Below are positions 17,856 to 28,091 of a stretch of DNA of 64,000 bases, piece after piece. How positions within the stretch are numbered: the first letter of the stretch is position 1; every line of letters starts with the position of its first letter. The position numbers and the translations under genes are program-made. The notes beneath the pieces were generated by a model. The model had not been told where the DNA came from. It did not search any database and saw only the letters and a program-made list of their open reading frames with translations. The stretch is from positions 1 to 64,000 of the forward strand of contig JBDRPD010000022.1 in assembly GCA_043827405.1 (NCBI GenBank), read 5' to 3'. The stretch is from Elusimicrobiota bacterium (lineage in GTDB: Bacteria > Elusimicrobiota > Elusimicrobia > UBA1565).

Positions 17856-19468
17856 GGCGCGCGCTGATCTTTACGCTGCTCACCGTTTTGCTCGGAGCCT
17901 CAGCCGAAGCGCAGAAGACGAAGCGCGCGCCAGTCCGCAAGACGGCACCCGCTGAAGACGCCGCGGAGAGCAAGACGCCGGCCGCCCAGCTTGACCTGCC
18001 CGTGCTGGCGGGAGCTCCGGGGCGGCCGGAGAAGTCGGGGCTATTGATCAACCATATTCTGCCGCGCTCCAGCGCCGACGACCTTGGCCTGCGCAGCGGC
18101 GACGTCCTGCTTTTCCTGAACGGGAAGCCCGCCAAGACTCTTGAGAGCGCGGCCTCGGCGCTCGCCTCCTGGCCGCCCGGCACTCGGCTGTCCGCCGTCG
18201 TTCGCCGCGGCGGCTCCGTGATTCGGCTGGAAACCAAGCCCTTTGCCCCGAGCCTGCCGCCCGTTCGCGATCCCGCCCGCCTCACGCCGCACGAGGAGAA
18301 GCTCAAACAGCGGCACCTGCTCGACGCCAAGACCGATAAACCCGTGCGGATAGGAGCCCCGGGCTTCACCGTCACCGCCGGCGAGAAGATATGGATTCGC
18401 TTTCCGCAAGGCATCCCGGCGAACATCGAACGCGGAGCCGTTCTGGAGGGCGTTACCAGCACCTCCATGTCCACCGACCGCAACTTGGACTTCATCGGCA
18501 TCCCGCAGGACAGCCGCGTCTGGGCGCAGGTCGTGTCCGTCATCGAGGACGAGGAAGACCTTATCCGCCTGGTCAAATTGCACATCTACAAGCTCGAGCT
18601 GCTCGGCGGCCACACCTACTCCTGCTCGGCCGTCCCGAGCAAAGTATCCGGCGAACGTTCACTGCTGCGCGTAAGCGACGGCGGAACCATCCTGTCCGCC
18701 GCGCTCGACAGCGCGTCCTGGATCGTCGCTCCGGACCGCAATATTCAAATCCGCTTCCTCAGCGCCATGACCATCCGCGAACAGCCGGGATTCTACCAAG
18801 CCGGCCCCGGGCTGTGGTTTAAATCGGCAAGCGCCGACGCCAGAAAATGGCTGAAAGTCACGCATGTGATCAGCGACCGCTCCGCCGACCGCGCCGGCAT
18901 CAAGAAGGGCGACAAAATCCTGCGCCTCAACGGAAAGCCGGCCAGCCGGCTGCGGTTCACGGACGCGATCAAAAGTCTCTACGGCGAAGTAGGATCGAAG
19001 ATATCCATGGACGTGCAGCGGGGCGGCGGCCGCACGGAAAAGCTCAGCCTGACGCGCGGCATGCTCTACCGCAAGGGGCTGGGCATGAGCGCGCGCATAT
19101 CCGGAAGCGAGGTCGTCGTTACTGCGGTCCACGCCGAATCCCCGGCGGACCACGCCCGGATCAAGAAAGGGGACCGCCTGGTCCAGGTGGGGCCCAAGCC
19201 GCTCGGGGGCGTGGACATCGGCGAGCTCAAGCGCCTGCTCAAGCAGGATCTCGCCGGCGACAGCGCTCTTATCGTACACCCGCCGGGCCATGCGATGCGC
19301 ACTATCGAGCTCAAACAGGACTGGTTTCCCGTGCCGCTTGAGTTCACGCCCCGGACCGGCGCGAACGAGATCAGGGCTGAAGTTCCGCCAGCATCGACTC
19401 GACCTCGACGCGGTGCCCGGCGACAACCGCGGGGTCGCTCGGCTCCCGTACCGCAAAAAAAGCCTTAA
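17852..19468 (+). CDS. Secreted protein with three PDZ-like domains
   Basis: S.A...GL/IK.GD motifs (SSADDLGLRSGD, SADRAGIKKGD, SPADHARIKKGD). Confidence 0.85.
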   Translation: MRRALIFTLLTVLLGASAEAQKTKRAPVRKTAPAEDAAESKTPAAQLDLPVLAGAPGRPEKSGLLINHILPRSSADDLGLRSGDVLLFLNGKPAKTLESAASALASWPPGTRLSAVVRRGGSVIRLETKPFAPSLPPVRDPARLTPHEEKLKQRHLLDAKTDKPVRIGAPGFTVTAGEKIWIRFPQGIPANIERGAVLEGVTSTSMSTDRNLDFIGIPQDSRVWAQVVSVIEDEEDLIRLVKLHIYKLELLGGHTYSCSAVPSKVSGERSLLRVSDGGTILSAALDSASWIVAPDRNIQIRFLSAMTIREQPGFYQAGPGLWFKSASADARKWLKVTHVISDRSADRAGIKKGDKILRLNGKPASRLRFTDAIKSLYGEVGSKISMDVQRGGGRTEKLSLTRGMLYRKGLGMSARISGSEVVVTAVHAESPADHARIKKGDRLVQVGPKPLGGVDIGELKRLLKQDLAGDSALIVHPPGHAMRTIELKQDWFPVPLEFTPRTGANEIRAEVPPASTRPRRGARRQPRGRSAPVPQKKP

Positions 19469-20102
19469 GCACCTCACGCGCCTCTGCCGTCCGGCCGGTA
19501 TCCCGCAGCGCTTGCGCCAGCGCGGGATAGTTCGCGGTATAGCCCGGCGCGAGACGCAGCGCGGTGCGCAGTTCCTCGACGGCGCGCTCTTTCGACCCGC
19601 CCGCAAAACCCGGCAGCTGAAAGAGCATGCGTCCCAAGACATGGTGCGCTCCCCCATGCCCGGGATCCAGCTGCAAGACGCGGCGCATCCGTTTTTTCAG
19701 CGGACGGATCATGAACAAAGAGCGCAGCATGCCCCGCGCCTCCCCCCTTCTGCCAAGCGCCAGCCCGTGCCAGAAATGCGCCTCCGCGCTCTCGGGATCG
19801 ATCGCCACCGAGCGGCCGATCAATTCCTCGGCGCGGGTGAAGATGCGGATCTGTTCCTTTTTGTCGGTACGCTCTTCACCGACCCGAACCAGACTCCGGC
19901 CCAGACGCCACAGCGCCAGGGCATCGTCGGGGGCGTCCTTCAGCCGCGCCTCAAGCAGCGCCACCGAAAGATCCAAGCGCCCGGAAACGTGACGATGGAA
20001 GTATAGATCGTCGGCCTTGTCGTAAAAGGTCTTGCCGCCCAACTCTGCGGCAGAGGCCGCGAGCGCGCCGGAGAGGACGAGCGCCGTCAGGATCGCGCGC
20101 AC
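19371..20102 (-). CDS. Secreted TPR-repeat protein
   Basis: Signal peptide; ALWRLGR, AEAHFWHGLALG, AHHVLGRM helical repeats. Confidence 0.85.
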   Translation of the reverse strand: MRAILTALVLSGALAASAAELGGKTFYDKADDLYFHRHVSGRLDLSVALLEARLKDAPDDALALWRLGRSLVRVGEERTDKKEQIRIFTRAEELIGRSVAIDPESAEAHFWHGLALGRRGEARGMLRSLFMIRPLKKRMRRVLQLDPGHGGAHHVLGRMLFQLPGFAGGSKERAVEELRTALRLAPGYTANYPALAQALRDTGRTAEAREVLKAFFAVREPSDPAVVAGHRVEVESMLAELQP

Positions 20103-20104
20103 GT

Positions 20105-20509
20105 TCAGCGACCGCAGCGGCTGAGATGCTGGCGCATGAAACAGTCGTTTTCCACGACCACCAAGCCGTTATCGCGCGCCAGCTTTGCCGCCTCCGGTGC
20201 TTCAATGCCGTCCTGTATCCATATCCCCTTGGCGCCGATGGCGACCGCTTGCCGCACGATCTCCATCACATGCGCGCCGCCCCGAAAGATGCTGACCACC
20301 TCGACATCTTCGGTTATGGATTTCAGATCGGGGTAGCAGATCTCTCCAAGAACGGTCTTATAGTTCGGATTGACCGGGATAATACGATACCCGGCTTCCA
20401 TCAGGTAGGACGCTACTTGGCAGGAAGGGCGCTCCGTCTTTGGAGAACAGCCCACAACGGCGACGACATTGAGCTTGAGAAGCGCTTCGTAATCCTGATT
20501 GCTGGCCAT
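20105..20509 (-). CDS. CoA-binding protein (YccU-like)
   Basis: VAVVGCS...RPS, GYRIIPVNP, IFR, WIQDG, ENDC; start could be as far upstream as 20554. Confidence 0.9.
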   Translation of the reverse strand: MASNQDYEALLKLNVVAVVGCSPKTERPSCQVASYLMEAGYRIIPVNPNYKTVLGEICYPDLKSITEDVEVVSIFRGGAHVMEIVRQAVAIGAKGIWIQDGIEAPEAAKLARDNGLVVVENDCFMRQHLSRCGR

Positions 20510-20619
20510 CCGCGTACCGTAAATAGTGTACAAGACATGTTGTGCACTTACCATGGCAATTTTGGGATATTTGTTATACTCACGCCGTAAAACTATGGAG
20601 TACCGGCCCGCAACTTAAT

Positions 20620-21084
20620 ATGACGGATGTTACGGCCAAGGGCAAACTTGTCTTCTGGGTGATGATTTTGGCGGTATTGCTTTTTTCCACCGTCCCGTCC
20701 ATCATGCTCATCAAAAAAGGCAAGGAGTACTATTCTTTTTTGACCGGATGGACGCCTAAAAGTCTGAAGCCGACCGCGACCAGCCGCATTCCACCGCCGC
20801 CCGACAGCATGACCGATGGAATGCCGGATATCCATTTTGTAGAATTCCAGATCGAGGCTCCCGGAGCAAAAAGCGTATTTTTATCCGCGAATTTCAACGG
20901 CTGGAAGCCCGACAGCCTGGCTTTGAAGCAGGATACAGCAGCGAAGTGGAAGATCGTTGTCCCCCTGCCGCCGGGCCGGTACTATTACGGGTTCGAGGTC
21001 GACGGCAGCTGGAGAACGGATTCGAATGCGGCCGGCGATGCGCAGCGAGAAGGCCGGAAGGTTTCGGTAATAATGGTCCCATGA
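20620..21084 (+). CDS. Membrane-anchored CBM48/AMPK-beta-like glycogen-binding protein
   Basis: TM, then APGAKSVFLSANFNGW...W...VPLPPGRYYYGFEVDGSW. Confidence 0.85.
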   Translation: MTDVTAKGKLVFWVMILAVLLFSTVPSIMLIKKGKEYYSFLTGWTPKSLKPTATSRIPPPPDSMTDGMPDIHFVEFQIEAPGAKSVFLSANFNGWKPDSLALKQDTAAKWKIVVPLPPGRYYYGFEVDGSWRTDSNAAGDAQREGRKVSVIMVP

Positions 21085-22919
21085 AGCTGATTTCAGCAAC
21101 CGTCGCACGCGCCGCCGTCCTCGCTGTATTGGCGGCATTCGCGATGTCGATCCCGGCGGCGCATGCCGCCTGGGGCCGGACCAAAGACGAGAATCGCATA
21201 ATTCTTCTCTGGGTGCCCGAGATGGGAACCGTTGACTGGAACGCGTTCCAGTCCCTGATCGAGAGGCACCCCGACGTGCGGCTTACCGTCGCGCTGTCCC
21301 CGGCGGAAATCCCCGAAGAGGTGCGCCCCTGGCTTTCCGCCTGGGCACGGGAGGGCCGGTTGGAAGTCGCGCTGCGCATCACGGGCGACCCCATTCTGCC
21401 GCTGATTACCAAGTACCGGCAGCGGGACGCGGTGGACCGCATCGCGCTGGCCCGCATCCAGTACCGCGACGTATTTGAACGTTTTCCCGGCGGCTTCGTC
21501 CCCGGCGACGGCGCGCTGATTCCGGCCTTCGCCCGCCCGCTCGAGATGCAGCACTTCAAGTGGGCGGCCGTCGGGGACGCAGTGTTCCGTACCCCGTGGT
21601 ACACCGGCGGCAAGGAGCCGATGGTCGCTATTCCCTTTCATGTCCCCGAGTCCACGGCGCCGGTCGCGCTCGCCAATCTGCAGGATATCCGCGCCGTCGT
21701 CCTAAGCGAGCTCAACGGCACGCTCACTCCCGGCGGAGGCGTCGAAGCGCTGACGGCGCTTTTCGAGGAGACCCGCAACGACCTCTGGACGAGCGCCCAG
21801 GAGGCGATCGAACTAATTAACCCTTATGCCGTCGGCCCCGAGGAATGGCCGACCTGGTCCGGAGACCTGCTGCTGTGGACTGAGGACCCCATCCAGGAGC
21901 GCGCCTGGCATCTCTACGAGATAACGGTAGGGGCGCTCAGCCGCTATCAGAATTCAGGCGCGGCCTCTCTTGATACGCTCGACCGCGCCAATACCCACAT
22001 CTACCGCGCGCAGGACTCCCGCTACTTCCGCGTCGACAGCCTCCACAATCGCCAAATGGAGCGGCGCTTCCGCGGCCACCTGCAGCGCGTTTACCGTACA
22101 CTGGGCCAAAAGGCGCCGCAAGCCCTAGCGACGCCGATTGCGGTGCGGCACACTCCCGCCTCCGGAGGCGAGAATGCCGAGCAGCCGGACGAAGCCGCGC
22201 AAAACGGGGCGAAGATCAAGGGAGACGCGGCCGTCCGCAGCCGCTTAGCGGACGGCTTGCTGACATTCGAGAACCCGGCAGCCTCCACCGCTACGCTGCC
22301 GACACAGCTGCCGGAGCTTCCGCCGGGGACGACCCCGCACCACTTATGGACGCCGCAGAGCCTTACGGTCAGCTGGGACGAGGAATCGGTGACTTTCAGC
22401 GTTGTGCCGCGAGACATCCTCAAAAGCGCAGCGCCCAACGGCTTCGCCGCGCCGATGTTCGAGCTGTATATGGACCTCAACAACCTCGCGGGACGGGGCT
22501 CGACCGCCCTGCTCCCGGGCCGGCGCGGCTTCGTGCCGTCATCCGATGCCTGGGAATACGCCGTCATTGCCAACGGCTGGGAGGCGAGCCTCTACCGTGC
22601 CGTCCCCAGCCAGCCGCCCGCCCTCGTCGAAAAATTGGGCTGCACGCTGGATGCCAAAGCCGGCGCTATCCGGGTCTCCGTTCCCCGCCAGCGGCTGCGC
22701 GGCAGTCCATCCGGCTGGGGCTACGTCCTGCTGACGCTGGCCGTCGATGAAGCCGGCGCGCGGCAGACGCCTCCGCAGCCGCTTCCGGGCGGCAACGGCA
22801 GCCCGCTCCTGGGCATCCTCGGAGGCCTCGATACCCAGCGCCGGCTCACGGACTCAAAGTCCTCTTATCGCCGGGTCAGCGCCGTTCGCCTGCAGGAAAG
22901 CGCTACTCTTGATAGATGA
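21081..22919 (+). CDS. Secreted GH57-like (amylopullulanase-like) protein with C-terminal glucodextranase-type carbohydrate-binding domain
   Basis: GRLEVAL, PILPLI, WSGDLLLW and AQDS GH57-like blocks; NGFAAPMFELYMD...LPGR...WEYAVIANGW C-terminal domain. Confidence 0.65.
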   Translation: MKLISATVARAAVLAVLAAFAMSIPAAHAAWGRTKDENRIILLWVPEMGTVDWNAFQSLIERHPDVRLTVALSPAEIPEEVRPWLSAWAREGRLEVALRITGDPILPLITKYRQRDAVDRIALARIQYRDVFERFPGGFVPGDGALIPAFARPLEMQHFKWAAVGDAVFRTPWYTGGKEPMVAIPFHVPESTAPVALANLQDIRAVVLSELNGTLTPGGGVEALTALFEETRNDLWTSAQEAIELINPYAVGPEEWPTWSGDLLLWTEDPIQERAWHLYEITVGALSRYQNSGAASLDTLDRANTHIYRAQDSRYFRVDSLHNRQMERRFRGHLQRVYRTLGQKAPQALATPIAVRHTPASGGENAEQPDEAAQNGAKIKGDAAVRSRLADGLLTFENPAASTATLPTQLPELPPGTTPHHLWTPQSLTVSWDEESVTFSVVPRDILKSAAPNGFAAPMFELYMDLNNLAGRGSTALLPGRRGFVPSSDAWEYAVIANGWEASLYRAVPSQPPALVEKLGCTLDAKAGAIRVSVPRQRLRGSPSGWGYVLLTLAVDEAGARQTPPQPLPGGNGSPLLGILGGLDTQRRLTDSKSSYRRVSAVRLQESATLDR

Positions 22920-24315
22920 TGGTGCGGTTGATGACGCGATCGTTGCCGCGCAGGTCGGCGCCCGCGATGCGGAAATTATTGGGGCCTTTCTCCAGATTAA
23001 CCTGAAGGCTGAAGTTCCCATCCTCGTCCTTGGGCACGCCTTTGCCGTTTATCGTAACTGTTAGATCCGGATCGGCCTTGCCGCGGATACTGTAGCGTCG
23101 ATACCCCACCGTTTCCGTCTTCTCCGCCGGCCGCGTCACCTGGAAGAGCGTCTTCTTTTGTTCGACCCGCGGCCGCGTCGTACCGCCGCCGACCTGGTAC
23201 GGACGGGGGTTGGAGAACTCGCCGCGATCGCCCAACAGATCGATGACCGCGACCCGCGCCCAATAGCTCCCGTTAGGGACCCGTGCGCGCGCCAAGTCCA
23301 GCTTCTCATAGGCGTCGAATGTCTTGTCAAAAACGATGCTGCGGAACAGCCGGTCGCGCGCGATCTGGATATGGTAGGCGGCGACTGGCATGCCGATCGA
23401 GAGCTTCTGCAGGTCGACAGCCAGCTTTTCGGCGTCGCCGATGCCGGGTGTCGGCGCCGCCAGCGCTCCCGCGTCCGTCGTCGTCACCGCCGACGGCGCC
23501 CGCGCGGTCCCCATAGCGATATTCGCGTCGAGGTCGAGGTTCATGTCCGGGATGCGCACCGGGACCTCCGGCAGGCCGTCCAGGGAGATATTGGTGGCTT
23601 GTCCCGCATTGACGACGACGCTCTTGAGGCCCTTAAGGTCCTTAACATCGGCGGACCCTTTATAAACTTTAACCTCAGTCGACAAGTCGTTTTTTACCCG
23701 CGCGGTATACTTGGTGTCGTTGCCGCGCGGCGCGATAATCGCCGACGGTGTGGCGACCCGCGCTTTGGTCGCATGCACCGCGCCGCGGTTAAGATAAATG
23801 TCGTGATCCGCTTTCATCGGCGCCTTCAGGATCACCATGGAGTTCGCGTCGACGCTGAGCAGGCTGCCTTCGTGAAACTCGACGCTGGCGCGGGAACGAT
23901 CCCGCGTCCTGAGCCCATCGCCATGATACAGCAGACGTCCGGCCTGGACCTTGTCCCATGCCGGCTTGTCCGCCTCCCGGGCGCTCACATTATTGACGGA
24001 CTGCACCAGCTTGGCGGCGCGAAAGCGCACCTTGATGAGTTCGGTGGGAACCTGCAGCGTTATCCCCGGCAGCGCCACGGTGGGATCCGAGGTCGGAAGC
24101 TTGTTATGCTTCAGTATCTCGTTCCAGCGGGTGGGGTCCTTTAGGTATTTCTGCGAGATGCTCCACAACGTGTCGCCCGGCTGCACTTTGATCGGCTCGA
24201 GCTTGGCCTGGGCCGCCGCCGCAACCAACGTCAGACCGCAGAGCAGGCCCAACGCGAGCCTGGCCGCAGTCCGTCCGCTACGCGTCTTTCGCCGCCGGTT
24301 TGCCGAGATAGACAT
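22903..24315 (-). CDS. LysM + FecR-domain secreted protein with C-terminal Ig-like domains
   Basis: VQPGDTLWSISQKYL (LysM); GDGLRT..RSRASVEFHEGS...ANS (FecR); start moved to ATG 24315. Confidence 0.85.
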   Translation of the reverse strand: MSISANRRRKTRSGRTAARLALGLLCGLTLVAAAAQAKLEPIKVQPGDTLWSISQKYLKDPTRWNEILKHNKLPTSDPTVALPGITLQVPTELIKVRFRAAKLVQSVNNVSAREADKPAWDKVQAGRLLYHGDGLRTRDRSRASVEFHEGSLLSVDANSMVILKAPMKADHDIYLNRGAVHATKARVATPSAIIAPRGNDTKYTARVKNDLSTEVKVYKGSADVKDLKGLKSVVVNAGQATNISLDGLPEVPVRIPDMNLDLDANIAMGTARAPSAVTTTDAGALAAPTPGIGDAEKLAVDLQKLSIGMPVAAYHIQIARDRLFRSIVFDKTFDAYEKLDLARARVPNGSYWARVAVIDLLGDRGEFSNPRPYQVGGGTTRPRVEQKKTLFQVTRPAEKTETVGYRRYSIRGKADPDLTVTINGKGVPKDEDGNFSLQVNLEKGPNNFRIAGADLRGNDRVINRTIIYQE

Positions 24316-26467
24316 TGCCTTCCTCGTCCTGCTCCAGCCCCTTGGGGATGGTGAAGTAAAAGCGCGCGCCTTTGCCGTATTCGGACTCCACCCAAATGCG
24401 TCCCTTATGCGCCTCAACGAACTTCTTGCTGATGGTCAGCCCGAGCCCCGTCCCGCCGCGCTTCTGTCCCGGGACCTGCTCGAACTTGCCGAAAATTTTC
24501 TCCAAGTGCGACGCGGGGATGCCCGGACCGTTATCCTCGACGCAGAACCGGTACTCTTCGCCCAGGTCCTCGATATGCACGACGATCCTGCCGTCGTCCG
24601 GCGCGAACTTAATGGCATTGCCCACCAGATTCGTCGTCACCCGTTCGATCTGCGACTGATCCAGCTTTGCCTTGTAGTCCCCGTTGGGGTCGAGCACCAG
24701 CTCGATGCCGCGCCGCTGCGCCAGAGCGCCGAGAATCTCAATCGGATGCTGAGCGATGGCGCTGAGCGACGCCTCGCTGAAATGCACGGCGAGGTTCTGG
24801 TCTTCCATCTTCGCGACGTCGAGGATATTATTGACCATAGTCATCAGACGGTTGGACGACTTGATCATTGAATCGACCATGCTGGTCTGCTGCTCGTTAA
24901 GGGTCCCCGCGACGCCCTTGCGCAGGAACTCAAGGAAACCCGTAATCGATCCCAGGGGATTACGCAGATCGTGGGTGATCGACAAAAGGAACTCTTCCTT
25001 CATGCTGTCGAGCTCCTTGACGAGCGTCACGTCCTGGATAACCGTAACCACGCCGATCACGTTCTTCTTCGACGGCGATATAAGCTGGTAGGACGAGACG
25101 CGCAGGAACAGCCGCCGGTCCTCGGTGGACAGGTCCACCTCCTTGATCGACGCCTCTTCGCCGCCGGCCTCCTTGGGGTCCTGCGAAACGGTCGTAATGG
25201 CCGCGAGCAGCTCGGAGCCTTCCGGCAGGATATCCCCGAACGTTTTGCCCTCAATCTTCTCGCCGGTCTTCCGGCCCAGGAAATTCAGCGCTTTGCGGTT
25301 GGCGAGCTGGACTTTCCCGTCGTTGTCCGTCATGACGATGCCGTCGCCCATGGAAAAAAGGATGGCTTCGCTCTTCTGCTGCTCCAGCACCAGCCGGTCG
25401 ACCTGCATCTCCGCATAGCTCTTCAACCGGCTCATCATACGGTTGAAGGTCTCGGAAAAAACCTGCAGCTCGTCGCCGGTCCTGATGACGACCGGTTCGG
25501 GGAACTGGTCGTGCGATATCCGCTCCGCGGTCCGCGTCAGGTCCAGCAGGGGCCGGGTCAGGGTGCGGGCGAGAAAGACCGCGACCGCGACCGCCGCCAC
25601 ACATACCACGATGATAATAGCTATCGCCGTTCGCGACATCTGGATGGCGGCGAGATACGCTTCCGCCTTGGGCTGCTGGATGATAACGGCGCCCGAGATC
25701 TCCGGCACATGCGCGTAGGCGCCCACCTGCTCCACCCCGTCGGGGCCGATGTAGTCGCTGGCGCCGACGCTCTTGGCGTCGAGCGCCGCTTTCACGATAT
25801 CCCACTCGATCAGCGACTGCCGGTAGCTGCCGGGCAGCCGGTCCGGCGGATAAATCAGCGGCTCTCCGGCTTTGCCGACGAGGATCGCGTAGCCGGAACC
25901 GCCGACCCGCTCCGCCGACACCCGGCTCCAGAGGCTGTTGAGCAGCATGGAGACGCGGACCTCGGTGAACTCCGACAGCGGATAATATATCTCCAGCCGC
26001 GGCGCCTGGTCCTTGCGGGCTTTGAGCACCAGCGTGCGTTTGCGCACGTCCGCGAACATGCGGTAGATCGGGCTGTTGGCGTACGATTTGTTGGGCGAGT
26101 CCGCGACCAGCTCCGGATTGTAGACCTTAATGAGCTCCATCCCGTTGCGCAGTATCGCGATCTGCTCAATATCGGGATCGCTCTCGATCATGCTGCGCAG
26201 GAAAGCCTGGCGGGTATTCCAGTCCAGCCCTTTGCGCTGCAGAGCGGCCAGCGTGAAGAGCATCCGGTCATCGATATTCCTGATGTAGCTCGAAACGCCT
26301 TCGGCCGTCTTCTCGGCCAGCTTGATATGCAGCTCGACTACGGCATCCTCGATGCCGCTGCGGCTGATCTTGACCAGCTGCCAGCCCATGAACATGGCGG
26401 GCGCCAAGGCGAGGACCGCCAGGGCGACTATAAATCGTCTAAACAGGCCGGACCCGAGTAGGTTCAT
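24278..26467 (-). CDS. Cache/HAMP/PAS sensor histidine kinase
   Basis: 2 TM, HAMP (GDELQVFSETFNRM), ITHDLRNPL, NLVGNAIKF, DNGPG, GTGLGL. Confidence 0.95.
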   Translation of the reverse strand: MNLLGSGLFRRFIVALAVLALAPAMFMGWQLVKISRSGIEDAVVELHIKLAEKTAEGVSSYIRNIDDRMLFTLAALQRKGLDWNTRQAFLRSMIESDPDIEQIAILRNGMELIKVYNPELVADSPNKSYANSPIYRMFADVRKRTLVLKARKDQAPRLEIYYPLSEFTEVRVSMLLNSLWSRVSAERVGGSGYAILVGKAGEPLIYPPDRLPGSYRQSLIEWDIVKAALDAKSVGASDYIGPDGVEQVGAYAHVPEISGAVIIQQPKAEAYLAAIQMSRTAIAIIIVVCVAAVAVAVFLARTLTRPLLDLTRTAERISHDQFPEPVVIRTGDELQVFSETFNRMMSRLKSYAEMQVDRLVLEQQKSEAILFSMGDGIVMTDNDGKVQLANRKALNFLGRKTGEKIEGKTFGDILPEGSELLAAITTVSQDPKEAGGEEASIKEVDLSTEDRRLFLRVSSYQLISPSKKNVIGVVTVIQDVTLVKELDSMKEEFLLSITHDLRNPLGSITGFLEFLRKGVAGTLNEQQTSMVDSMIKSSNRLMTMVNNILDVAKMEDQNLAVHFSEASLSAIAQHPIEILGALAQRRGIELVLDPNGDYKAKLDQSQIERVTTNLVGNAIKFAPDDGRIVVHIEDLGEEYRFCVEDNGPGIPASHLEKIFGKFEQVPGQKRGGTGLGLTISKKFVEAHKGRIWVESEYGKGARFYFTIPKGLEQDEEGNVYLGKPAAKDA

Positions 26468-26541
26468 GGCGCTTTAAATACGTGGAAGAAAAAGGATTTC
26501 TTCCCCGCTATTAGGAAGGATATGCTACCGCGAGTGGTTTG

Positions 26542-27849
26542 TCAAGAAAGTCCGAGCAATGTGACTAATATCGCAATAAGCTCGGGCAGTCCGAAGAGCA
26601 TATCGAGCAGCCATATCGCGGCGCCGACCAGCGCTACCCATTTCCAGGCGCCGTAAAGCACGAAGTTGTCGCCCATCCAGGAATCGAGATCGCGCAGCCG
26701 CTTGCTCAGCTTCCACTGCTCCGTGCGCTCCTGCAGCGTCGCATGCTTGGTCTCGCGGACCACCCGGATGCGGCTCGCGATGGCGTCGACGGCGACTTCC
26801 GCGCCGTTCTCGTCAAAGAAGTGGTACCAGAAGGTGCGCGGGCCGGTATCTCCCTTGCGGTGGAGCTGCAGGGAGACGCTGACTCCCTGCCCGAGGCCGG
26901 GATAGCCCTTGCGCGCCGAAGCGTACGCGGCTTGCGGATCGACGCGGACGGCCGCCATCAGGCGCGCGGGGGCGACCACCATCCGCAGCGGGTCGGCGGG
27001 AACGGCGACGTCCTCGTAGACCTGGACTCGGCTGCGGTACTTCCCCCAGGCGGCGGCGATCCCGTTATCGAGCTCGACGAGGATGGCGCTCGCTTTAACC
27101 TGTCCCGGCTCGTCAAGCACATAGAAGTTGAATTTCCACTGCGCGCCGTCGCGCACCGGCATGACCGCCGTCGTCTCGCCGAAGAACAGGTTATGCTCCG
27201 CGCGCCCCATTTTCCTGGCGGCCTTCAGCGCCTCTTTATACGCCTGCGCGTACATCTTGGCGGGGCTGTGCAGCGCGGGCTGGGAGACCAAGGTCCCCGC
27301 CATGCCGAAGAATACGGGGGCCGGCGCGTAGTGCGCGTCTATGACCGGCGCATCGCGCCCTGGTCGGCCCATTAGAATCTCATCGATGCGGCGGCCCAGG
27401 GCATGCGCCTCTTCGCCGCCGGACCGCCCCAGCCGGGAAACGGCTTCGAGCGCCGGGGCGGCGCTCTTCTTCATCCCCAGGATTTTCCGCTTGACGCTGC
27501 GGCGCGGTGTAATTTTATCGGCCGCTGCGGCGGAAATCGAAATTGCTTTTCCGTTGACCGGCACAATCATCTGCGCGGGCAGCACCACGGACTTGAATGA
27601 AACAGAAGGGAGCGCGCTGCCGAGCTTCAGGCTGATGGGAACCATGCCGGCGGTGCCGGTCATCGCGAGACCTGCCATGCCGGTAACGGCGGCGCCTGCG
27701 GCGGCCGATCCGGGCGCGGCGGTACCGCCGACCGCGATCCGCATTACCGCAGCGCGGGCGTCCGGGCCAGCGAACAAAATGAGGAGCGCACCCGCTAGAG
27801 ACATGGCGAGCGTTTTGCGCAATCCATCAATACTCGTGATACCCATCAA
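26542..27849 (-). CDS. Signal-peptide protein with Ala-rich leader, two PepSY-like units and a C-terminal membrane anchor
   Basis: VDPQAAYASA...FWYHFFDENGAEVAVDA PepSY-like pattern; hydrophobic C-terminus. Confidence 0.7.
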   Translation of the reverse strand: MMGITSIDGLRKTLAMSLAGALLILFAGPDARAAVMRIAVGGTAAPGSAAAGAAVTGMAGLAMTGTAGMVPISLKLGSALPSVSFKSVVLPAQMIVPVNGKAISISAAAADKITPRRSVKRKILGMKKSAAPALEAVSRLGRSGGEEAHALGRRIDEILMGRPGRDAPVIDAHYAPAPVFFGMAGTLVSQPALHSPAKMYAQAYKEALKAARKMGRAEHNLFFGETTAVMPVRDGAQWKFNFYVLDEPGQVKASAILVELDNGIAAAWGKYRSRVQVYEDVAVPADPLRMVVAPARLMAAVRVDPQAAYASARKGYPGLGQGVSVSLQLHRKGDTGPRTFWYHFFDENGAEVAVDAIASRIRVVRETKHATLQERTEQWKLSKRLRDLDSWMGDNFVLYGAWKWVALVGAAIWLLDMLFGLPELIAILVTLLGLS

Positions 27850-28091
27850 GTACGATTATGCTACCAACTAGTTCCTTCATGTTTATGAGCCCTCGGGGCA
27901 CTTTACTCCGAGCAATCGGCCTAGACGATTAAGGATGTGAAACCTAAGAAAGTGCCGGAGTTTAAATGATTATTATTCTGCTTGCTTCTCGGGGTGCGAT
28001 GAAATACAATAATAGGTGCCAGACATTATTATTGTCGTAGACAGCTGACAGTTCGGATCCTGATGGGCGTAAGCCTTGTGGGGGTGGCAGG

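Noticed and set aside
19371..19468. 98-bp convergent overlap of the PDZ and TPR genes as a regulatory feature
   Set aside because: Probably a stop-codon shift giving a low-complexity tail; convergent overlaps are common in this window.
28030..28091. Riboswitch upstream of the HNH-like gene
   Set aside because: No aptamer consensus recognisable by eye; would need an Rfam/Infernal scan.
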